DNA of 64,000 nucleotides from a bacterium (GTDB lineage Bacteria > SAR324 > NAC60-12): NCBI GenBank assembly GCA_965205865.1, contig CBDBHR010000030.1:1152001-1216000 (forward strand), given 5' to 3'. The notes under the pieces are model-generated. The model did no database searches. It had not been told where the DNA came from and was given only the letters and a program-made list of their open reading frames with translations. The position numbers were made by a program, and so were the translations under genes. Shown one piece after another: positions 52,993 through 61,276 of the stretch (the stretch's first letter is position 1; every line of letters begins with the position of its first letter).

Positions 52993-53888
52993 ACTAGGTA
53001 AGCTCATAATTTTCCCTTCCGTTCAAAACTTATCCTTCGCAATAAGCTTACCGGCGAGAACTGTTCCCATGCGCCACGCAGATAAGGCTTCGAGTCCTCC
53101 GGCAATGACTTGCCAGGCTTCTACGCTCTTTGCACTTCGATGGCGCATGCTTCTCCGTTGATATCCCATTCGGCTCCACGTCGACCGGACATCAGGTGAC
53201 CACTGGGAATAGCTTCCAGGTGATTGGCAAGAGTTTCCGTCTTGATAAACTGATCAAATCGCGTGACTGCTGTTTGCACGAATTGTGAAGTTTGATAACG
53301 AACATGAATACGCGCCATCACGTCGAACGCCTGCTCTTTTCTCATATTCTGTACTTTATTGACGAATTCCCGGGCAAATCCTTCCTGTTGCAAGTCAATT
53401 GTCAGTTCCGTATTCAGGGCAACGGTCACATTGTTTTCCGTCTGCGCCAGTAAGCCTTCTTTTTCATGACGTTGCAAAAGCACGTCTTCGGGTGCTAAGA
53501 TAATAGTTTCTCCATCCAACTCCAATGTCGTCCGTTTGCCATCCCGCAGCCGAAAAATAGCGGAGGAATCGAGCTCCACAATGGTTCGGGCGACTTGTTT
53601 CATGCGAACTCCGAGCTTCGGTCCGAGCACACTGTAATTGGCCTTGGCGCTGTAAGTCACTAAATCTTCTTCATTATCAGCCACGACGACTTTCTTGATA
53701 TTCAACTCTTCCGTGATCAATTCTTCCATGTCGTTCAAAATCGCTACGGCTTCCGGGTCACGGGTCACCAGAAAAATGCTGGCAAGGGGTTGTCGTATTT
53801 TCAATTGATGCTTGTTACGCAAGGCGCGTCCCATGCTGACTGCCGAGAGCACCAATTCCATTTTCTTTTCGATTGCAGGGTCCCGATA
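52993..53888 (-). repeat. Near-identical duplicate of 57519-58414 (ileS 3' end and downstream DNA)
   Basis: The offset is 4526 bp at both ends, with only scattered substitutions. Confidence 0.97.
53121..53888 (-). pseudogene. ileS: ileS 3' fragment
   Basis: The 246-aa ORF is nearly identical to the IleRS C-terminus. Confidence 0.93.
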
Positions 53889-53901
53889 TTGGGGTCAGGC
53901 T

Positions 53902-55500
53902 GTGCGCCAGGAAAGCTGGCAAGAAATAGAGAGTGAAAGTCTCTTACTCGGTAAGGCAGTAACGACCCGCCGAGTCCCCGAGTCATGAGTGGTTATTCGC
54001 AAGGATAGGCGCTAAGCGTTGACAGGGGAGAACATAGGCTCGGTATTGAGCTCCGAAATCATAGTCTCAGGCGCTGACCTTGTGGTCTGGTGGGGAAGGC
54101 AATATCAACCGAAGGCGTTAGCGTGAGTCTCGGCTGAGCCTGGCGGAGTCAAAGACCCGGTGCATGTGTGGAAGTTTCTTGATCGGAACCTGGGAGATCC
54201 TGAAGACGACTGTCAACATTCTATTGGTAGTCGGATCGGGAAAATTAATAAATAACCCCGATATCTACGTCTTCAGGAAGTCGGACAAGTTCGTAGTAGC
54301 GTGAGCAGCCGACAAGGCTGTGGATTTTGGAGAGTGAAAGTCTCTCTGTCGTCAGTTTCCCATTCGGGCGACTAGCATATCCGGTGCGCTTAGCAGGTAA
54401 CTGCTTTGCGTTCTGCCCGGAAGTAAAAGTCACCGTCTGCTTTGGACGAGAGTCCATAGTGGGAGCCAACAGGGTGGCGAGCAAACCTGGAGGCCTGAAC
54501 ATTAGTGAATGATTGCAGCTCCGAAAGAGACTTCCGTCGTGAATTGGCTTGACGGTGTGTTGCCCAACCGCCGACCCGCTCGCTACTCGGGGAAGGCCGA
54601 AGTTCCAAGGGAAGTAATGGGAACAGGCACCTTGGAGGGAGCCGGAGTATGGATCCAAGCATCCAGGGAAAGATCCACAGAGATAACGTCGGGAAGGGCC
54701 AACTTCCAGCAGGGACTCGCAATAACCTGCAAGGACCTACCGTATAGGGTAACACCGAAATCGGCAGGAGGATTTTGGTCTGGCGCATGAGTCCGTATGA
54801 GCGATGAAGACCGGGTAACGCTGGTCGAGGGGATGCTTGGACATCTCCCTTTTGGAGGTAACACCTCTAAAAGGCAAAGGGGCTCTCGGTAAATGGCGGG
54901 CATTTCATGAACCACTGCCGAACTTGTGTCGGTCAAGAGTGTCACCACAAAGAATGTCGAGCTGGAGATCAAATCACTCACTCCAGGGGTGAATGCAGGC
55001 GAGTGCTTAAGCTTCGGATTGGGTGGGAAGGGTTTCTGGGGAAACGCTGTTGCTGCCAACCGGACTCGGGAAATCCGACCGTCCGGGATGAGAGGGGGGC
55101 TTGCGGAAACGTGATGCAGGGTCTGACGCCCTTTTGCCACGAAACCGGAAACGGGGGATACATTGGAAGTCGTTGACCTAAACATGCGCGCGCCGTATTT
55201 CTACCCGGCATGAAGCGGCGAACAATGAGATCATTTGCAGAGAGTAACAATGCAAAGGAAATCAACGGAGCCTGTGGAGCAAAGGGACTTGGCTGAGAGG
55301 AATTCTGCTTGCCCTCCTGTGTTCGGAACTCAGAGGCCGTAAAATCAGAGAGCGGTTTAAGCAGGGTGCGCCAAACGGCAACGTTTGAGCGTCTGACTCG
55401 AAGCAGGAGCCGGATGCGTTAGCAGCGCACGTCCGGATCTGTACCGGAGGAATGACGAAAGGTGGCTGGAAACCACTATAAGTCAGTTCTTTACGGTGAC
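53902..55500 (+). ncRNA. Outer ORF-less group II intron (53902-54300 + 55210-55500, 690 nt; class E-like by recollection)
   Basis: GTGCG 5' end, DI motifs, DIII split by the inner intron, DV GAGCCGGATGCG...CGCACGTCCGGATC at 55407-55439, and a 3' end ...ACGGTGAC. Confidence 0.9.
54301..55209 (+). ncRNA. Inner ORF-less group II intron (909 nt)
   Basis: GTGAG 5' end, EBS1 GCTACT (54582-54587) complementary to upstream AGTAGC, DV at 55057-55090, and a 3' end CTACCCGGC. Confidence 0.87.
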
Positions 55501-55691
55501 TGCATACTTGTATTTAAATCGTGAAATGCCACTCAGACAAAGGACTGAGACTTTGTTCCTTTCTGAGACCTTCCTTGCTGAACAGACAACGCATTGCTTT
55601 TCAAACCTAGATGAGAGTCAATCTTCAGATAGATGAAAAACTCATGCACTTTAGACAATTTCTTAATACAAATACCCCAGCCTGCCCCCAT

Positions 55692-56864
55692 TTATGTGTT
55701 CGTCCTTTTTTTCGCATAGGACTTGAGTTTAGATTGATATTCGCTGATTCGGTGGTCCTTTCCAGCAATAGATGGGCCATTGGCAATCATCCTCCTGGCC
55801 AACCGAAAGACGCGAAATGGCATACCGAGGTTTGGAATGACTTTGAGCTTGGAGACATTCATCTCACAAGCCGTCAGGTAGCGCATATCACCTTGATGCA
55901 TGTAACCGCAGAAATTCCGTTCCAAACAATCCGCCAGTTCGCGATTTATAAAGGAAACAAGGAAGACAATACAATGAGTCACCCAAGAGGGCGGTACGCG
56001 GGGAACACCATCTGCTGCGTTGACGATACGGTATATTGGCGCGCGAATCTCTTCACCGAATTCCTCATTGCCCACACGCGGACTGCCATACGTGTAGCAG
56101 GCGGCTAGCGAATCACGTTCCAATTCCTCGCATGCGACAACTGCAAGAGCGCCACCCAGGGAATGACCGGTAATATAGAGGGAAAAACCTTCCGGTAAAT
56201 TATCGACTGCGGATTTGACTTGATCACTTACCTGATTGTACGCGGCTCGGAAACCGCTATGAATTTTAACGCCCGCTTCGCCCTTGTAAAATCGGGTATT
56301 CAAATCTGTCTTGACGTCATTCCAACTATTCGCTTCAGTACCGCGAAACGCGAGAACGGCGATTTTATCTTTTTCGCGTCCAGCAAGAAATGCCTGCGTA
56401 TCGTTTATGTTGAAGGTACAAATAAGATTGAAACAGGCATCAGCAAGAGCGTCTTTTAGTTTCTGAAGACCGGGAGGCGTCTTAGCGTCGCCATCGAGTT
56501 TTTGGGCGATATAATTCTTCAGATTTTCTTCCAGTTCCGTAATTCGTCCGGCCGTTCCCTCTCCTCTATCTTTTTTCCATGCAATTTTTGCAAGCTTGGC
56601 TATTGCATCGAGTACTTCCTTGAACTGGTATTCGCCCTCGAATTGCAAATATGCAAGCGCACTCATCTCGCTCATCATCCAAGCCGTGCGATCACTGTAT
56701 GCAGCCCGGTTTGTCGGCAAGACTTTCAAATTTTCCGGTACATTAAAGTAATCACTCATTTTGTGCGCTATCGTATTACAGTGTTTATCGAAGGGATGTT
56801 TGCTTAGATTGCAAGCCCAGTCTCGAAATGGTCTCCCGATGTGGTTTTCCCGGACGTCAAGCAT
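55692..56864 (-). CDS. Lipase class 3 family protein
   Basis: AFRGT, TGHSLGG, YGSPRVGN, DGVPRVP and a terminal DH. Confidence 0.9.
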   Translation of the reverse strand: MLDVRENHIGRPFRDWACNLSKHPFDKHCNTIAHKMSDYFNVPENLKVLPTNRAAYSDRTAWMMSEMSALAYLQFEGEYQFKEVLDAIAKLAKIAWKKDRGEGTAGRITELEENLKNYIAQKLDGDAKTPPGLQKLKDALADACFNLICTFNINDTQAFLAGREKDKIAVLAFRGTEANSWNDVKTDLNTRFYKGEAGVKIHSGFRAAYNQVSDQVKSAVDNLPEGFSLYITGHSLGGALAVVACEELERDSLAACYTYGSPRVGNEEFGEEIRAPIYRIVNAADGVPRVPPSWVTHCIVFLVSFINRELADCLERNFCGYMHQGDMRYLTACEMNVSKLKVIPNLGMPFRVFRLARRMIANGPSIAGKDHRISEYQSKLKSYAKKRTNT

Positions 56865-57062
56865 CCCGCAAGAACATGGATTTTAAAAAAAAACATTTTC
56901 ATGTTCCTCTTTTTATTCAGAATTGCTCAACTCGAGTAAGAGTTAAAGCAGGGATGACAGGCTCGGTAATTTTCGAGCAATATTCACTGCTGTTTTTCCC
57001 AGAGCTTTCACTTGTTTCACCAAGGCGGCCTGATTGAGATTTTGTTGCGTCGCTTCCTGCAC

Positions 57063-57522
57063 TAGTGTATTGCCTGTTTAATACATTTGTATTATTGGTC
57101 ATTTGGTAGACAGGTTTGAGTTTGTTGATAATTTCTTCGGCAGTTTTAGTCCAAACATATGGTTTTGGGTTGCGATTGTGCGCTTCGATGTAACTATGGA
57201 TGGCTTCGGTCAACTCGAGCACGCTTTTGAAGGCGCCTCGCCGTCGCCACTTTCCAACGGAATTGCCGCTGGTTCCAAGCGTTTTGGCAATCTCTTGATT
57301 CTTAAGGCCATCAGCAGCCAACAGGATGATGCGCGCACGAAGAGCGTCTCGCATCGCTCCGGTCTGACGGCGTGCGGTTTTGCTCAATTCATCCCGTTCT
57401 TCCCGGGTCAGTTTTATACTTGGCGCTTTCCTAATGCTGTCTCCATATATGCAAATAAAAAGACAGCTCTAGTATAGCAAACCAAGGAATTATTTACACA
57501 TTAATAAAAGAGCGACACACTA
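57063..57522 (-). mobile_element. Internally deleted (non-autonomous) copy of the IS630 at 40780
   Basis: Both ends are retained with CTAG flanks; about 720 bp of transposase is missing at the junction near 57240. Confidence 0.93.
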
Positions 57523-57646
57523 GGTAAGCTCATAATTATCCCTTCCGTTCAATACTTATCCTTCGCAACAAGCTTACCTGCGAGAACTGTTCCCATGCGC
57601 CACGCAGATGAGGCTTCGAGTCCTCCGGCAATGACTTGCCAGGCTT

Positions 57647-60600
57647 CTACGCTCTTTGCACTTCGATGGCGCATGCTTCTCCGTTGATATCCCATTCGGT
57701 TCCACGTCGACCGGACATCAGGTGACCACTGGGAATAGCTTCCAGGTGATTGGCAAGAGTTTCCGTCTTGATAAACTGATCAAATCGCGTGACTGCTGTT
57801 TGCACGGATTGTGAAGTTTGATAACGAACATGAATACGCGCCATCACGTCGAACGCCTGCTCTTTTCTCATATTCTGTACTTTATTGACGAATTCCCGGG
57901 CAAATCCTTCTTGTTGCAAGTCAATTGTCAGTTCCGTATTCAGGGCAACGGTCACATTGTTTTCCGTCTGCGCCAGTAAGCCTTCTTTTTCATGACGTTG
58001 CAAAAGCACGTCTTCGGGTGCTAAGATAATAGTTTCTCCATCCAACTCCAATGTCGTCCGTTTGCCATCCCGCAGCCGAAAAATAGCGGAGGAATCGAGC
58101 TCCGCAATGGTTCGGGCGACTTGTTTCATGCGAACTCCGAGCTTCGGTCCGAGCACCCTGTAATTGGCCTTGGCGCTGTAAGTCACTAAATCTTCTTCAT
58201 TGTCAGCCACGACGACTTTCTTGATATTCAACTCTTCCGTGATCAATTCTTCCATGTCGTTCAAAATCGCTACGGCTTCCGGGTCACGGGTCACCAGAAA
58301 AATGCTGGCAAGGGGTTGTCGTATTTTCAATTGATGCTTGTTACGCAAGGCGCGTCCCATGCTGACTGCCGAGAGCACCAATTCCATTTTCTTTTCGATT
58401 GCAGGGTCCCGATAGCGTCTCCGGACTTGGGGAAAGTTCGCCAGGTGCACGCTCTCTTCATCTCGTTCGTTTCGCAGATTGCGGTAAATTCCTTCGGCAA
58501 TAAAGGGCACAAAGGGTGCGATCACTTTGGAGAGCTCCACTAAGACCTGATAAAGTACCGCATAGGCTTCCTGCTTGTCTTTTCCCTGTCCCGCCTTCCA
58601 AAATCGGCGGCGGCTGCGTCTAATATACCAATTGGTCAACAAGTCGATGAAGCCCACGAAAGGAGCAACGGATTTATTCAAATCGTAGGCGTCCATGCTG
58701 GCTCTCACTGTTTCGATCAGTCCCTGCAATTTGGACAATATCCAGCGATCCAGGGGATTGGAGGGCATGCTCAGTATTTCCCCGGAGGGCTGCCAGCGGT
58801 CGATAGCGGCATAGGTGGTCAGAAAGGCCAGAGCATTCCAAAGGGGCAGCAAAATAGAACGGGTGGTGTCCACCAGTCCTTTTTCCGAAAACCTGAGATC
58901 GTCTCCGCGTACTGCCGGGGAATTGAGCATGTAGAGACGAATGGCATCCGCTCCATATTGGTCCAACATGTTGATAGGATCCGGATAGTTTTTCAGTCGT
59001 TTGCTCATTTTTTTACCATCTTCAGCCAGGACGAGTCCGTTGACGATGACATTGTGAAAGGCCGGTTTGTTGTACAATGCCGTCCCGACGACGACCAGAG
59101 AATAGAACCAGCCTCTTGTTTGATCCAACCCCTCACAAATAAAATCCGCAGGGAAATTGGCGTCAAATCTTTCTTTGTTTTCAAAAGGGTAATGTTCCTG
59201 ACCATAGGGCATAGAGCCGGATTCGAACCAACAATCGAGCACTTCGGGAATCCGCTTATATATTTTGTCATTTTGAACTATCACCAGATCGTCCACCAAG
59301 TGTTTGTGCAAATCTTCCACTTTTTGTCCGCTCGCTTCTTCCAGTTCTGCCACGCTACCGAAACAGAGACAATCTCCATCCTCACTCTTCCAAATCGGCA
59401 ATGGGGTTCCCCAGAAACGATTTCGACTGATGGCCCAGTCTCTCGCATTTTCCAACCATTTGCCAAAACGTCCATCCCGGATGTGCCCCGGTACCCAATG
59501 AATGGTCTGATTATTTTGCACCATCTGGTCTTTGATTGCTTCCACCTTGACGAACCAGGTCGAGATGGCTTTATAGATGAGGGGGGTGTCCGTTCGCCAG
59601 CAGAAGGGATAACTGTGTTCGATGGTTTCGTGTCTGAGAATTTTGTTCTTGTCTTTCAAATAGCGGATGATCGTTTTGTCGGCCGCCTTGATATTCAACC
59701 CTGCCAGGAATCCCATGTAGGATTGAAAATTTCCGTCATCGTCCACCGGGTCGAACAGGGGTAAACCTTCCCGCAGGCCAATCCGCAAGTCATCTTCACC
59801 AAAGGCTGGCGCTTGGTGGACAATGCCGGTTCCACTTTCATCACTGATATAATCGTCGACCAGCACCCGCCATACCCGGCTGCTGTCCACTCGTCCAATG
59901 GCAAAGTCAAACGGTGGATGATAAGTTTTGTTCCGCAAATCGCTGCCTTTCAAGGCGTCAAGCACTTCATATTCACCGGCTTGCCAATAAGCAGGTATGC
60001 GGTTGGTTGCCAGGTAATAGTTTTCTCCACTGGCCTTTTCCCTGATTTTGACGTAATCTATTTCCGCTCCGACACAGCATGCCAGATTTGCGGGGATGGT
60101 CCAGGGAGTGGTGGTCCATCCTAAATAATAAGTGTTTTCCTCATCAGTCGCCTGGCATTTGAAAGTAATCGAAGGATCCTGCGTCTCCTGATAGTTGAGG
60201 TTGGCTTCGAAATTGGAAAGAGGAGTTGAAAGCCGCCAGGAATAAGGCACCACTTTTCTGCCTTCGTAGATGAGATTCTTCTGCCATAATTGTTTCATCA
60301 CCCACCAAACAGATTCCATGTAGGAGCGATCCATGGTTTTGTAATCGTTGTCAAAATCTACCCAACGGGCCATACGATCCACGGTTTCCCGCCATTCCCT
60401 GGTGTATCGTAATACGATTTTGCGACATGCTTCATTGTAATTCCCTATACCAAATTCGATGATATCCGGACGCCCTTCTAATTGGAGCGCTTGTTCCACC
60501 TCAAACTCGACCGGCAGTCCGTGGCAATCCCAACCAAAACGCCGTTCCACTCGATGGCCTCGCATGGTTTTGTAACGAGGAATGACGTCTTTGATGGTAC

Positions 60601-60781
60601 CGGCAAGCAAATGACCATAGTGAGGCAATCCTGTCGCAAAAGGAGGTCCATCATAAAATACGAATTCACGATCTTTGGGACGTTGTTCGATCGATTTTTC
60701 AAAGATTTGTTGATGCTTCCAAAACGCCAGAATCTCGCTTTCAAGATCGGGGAAATTTATTTTATTGGAAATTTCTTTCAT
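57647..60781 (-). CDS. ileS: Isoleucine-tRNA ligase (type 2-like)
   Basis: DGPPFATGLPHYGH, GWDCHG, WTTTPWT and KMSKR; no C-terminal zinc finger. Confidence 0.97.
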   Translation of the reverse strand: MKEISNKINFPDLESEILAFWKHQQIFEKSIEQRPKDREFVFYDGPPFATGLPHYGHLLAGTIKDVIPRYKTMRGHRVERRFGWDCHGLPVEFEVEQALQLEGRPDIIEFGIGNYNEACRKIVLRYTREWRETVDRMARWVDFDNDYKTMDRSYMESVWWVMKQLWQKNLIYEGRKVVPYSWRLSTPLSNFEANLNYQETQDPSITFKCQATDEENTYYLGWTTTPWTIPANLACCVGAEIDYVKIREKASGENYYLATNRIPAYWQAGEYEVLDALKGSDLRNKTYHPPFDFAIGRVDSSRVWRVLVDDYISDESGTGIVHQAPAFGEDDLRIGLREGLPLFDPVDDDGNFQSYMGFLAGLNIKAADKTIIRYLKDKNKILRHETIEHSYPFCWRTDTPLIYKAISTWFVKVEAIKDQMVQNNQTIHWVPGHIRDGRFGKWLENARDWAISRNRFWGTPLPIWKSEDGDCLCFGSVAELEEASGQKVEDLHKHLVDDLVIVQNDKIYKRIPEVLDCWFESGSMPYGQEHYPFENKERFDANFPADFICEGLDQTRGWFYSLVVVGTALYNKPAFHNVIVNGLVLAEDGKKMSKRLKNYPDPINMLDQYGADAIRLYMLNSPAVRGDDLRFSEKGLVDTTRSILLPLWNALAFLTTYAAIDRWQPSGEILSMPSNPLDRWILSKLQGLIETVRASMDAYDLNKSVAPFVGFIDLLTNWYIRRSRRRFWKAGQGKDKQEAYAVLYQVLVELSKVIAPFVPFIAEGIYRNLRNERDEESVHLANFPQVRRRYRDPAIEKKMELVLSAVSMGRALRNKHQLKIRQPLASIFLVTRDPEAVAILNDMEELITEELNIKKVVVADNEEDLVTYSAKANYRVLGPKLGVRMKQVARTIAELDSSAIFRLRDGKRTTLELDGETIILAPEDVLLQRHEKEGLLAQTENNVTVALNTELTIDLQQEGFAREFVNKVQNMRKEQAFDVMARIHVRYQTSQSVQTAVTRFDQFIKTETLANHLEAIPSGHLMSGRRGTEWDINGEACAIEVQRA

Positions 60782-61276
60782 TCGTACTCCTGATTTCGCT
60801 GCCGAATTTTGTCATTGCGTTTCAATCTCATGCGGATGAGAGCAAGGATCAATGATGGCTGAAGCCCTACAACATTCAAGCGCAATGTCCGCTGACCGTG
60901 CTTTACAGAGCTTCCGATCCCGGAGTGTAGCTTCCAACAATCGTTTGTCATTCTTGCCTGTTCAACTATGATCACGTCGACCAGGAAGCTTGCATACGCA
61001 AATGAGAATAGGAAGCAAAAGATCGATCCGACGTCGATTTTGGATTTCTTTATTGTCTCGAGCATGGCATCCATTCCAAAGATCCGAAAAGATGGCGTGA
61101 CGAAAAAAAGCCTTTCTTTCAGATGACCACTGGATTTTGAAGAATACATGCGCTAAGATCAAGCAATCACATTCAAAGTCAGGAAGAGAATTCCTCATTT
61201 TGATTTCTGACTGCCAGCATATCAGATTAGTCTTCCGCCAACCAAACCTTGACTTGGAAATTCAGAAAGGACTGTC

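Larger units (their letters stand above)
53890..55690. mobile_element. ~200-bp GGGGTCAGG-family mini-element whose left end is interrupted by the introns
   Basis: The rejoined left end TGGGGTCAGGCT|TGCATACTTGTATT matches the reverse complement of 55665-55690 at 21/26. Confidence 0.72.

Noticed and set aside
54137-54142. AGCCTG as a perfect EBS1 for the outer intron
   Set aside because: It is not in the GCYGAC...GGAAGGC hairpin loop where the inner intron's EBS1 lies; 54084-54089 is the positional equivalent.
54245-55265. ORFs of 60-200 aa in the intron region as a possible maturase
   Set aside because: No RT motifs (e.g. YADD); they overlap structured ribozyme sequence.
56917-57387. 156-aa ORF as a novel fusion protein
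   Set aside because: It is the deleted IS630 transposase reading through into flanking DNA.
57522-57580. AGGTAAGCT...AGCTTACCT inverted repeat downstream of ileS
   Set aside because: Only a 9-bp stem with a long loop; insufficient to call an ncRNA or terminator.
60778-61149. 123-aa ORF upstream of ileS, or a T-box leader
   Set aside because: No recognisable protein or T-box motif; cannot support either.
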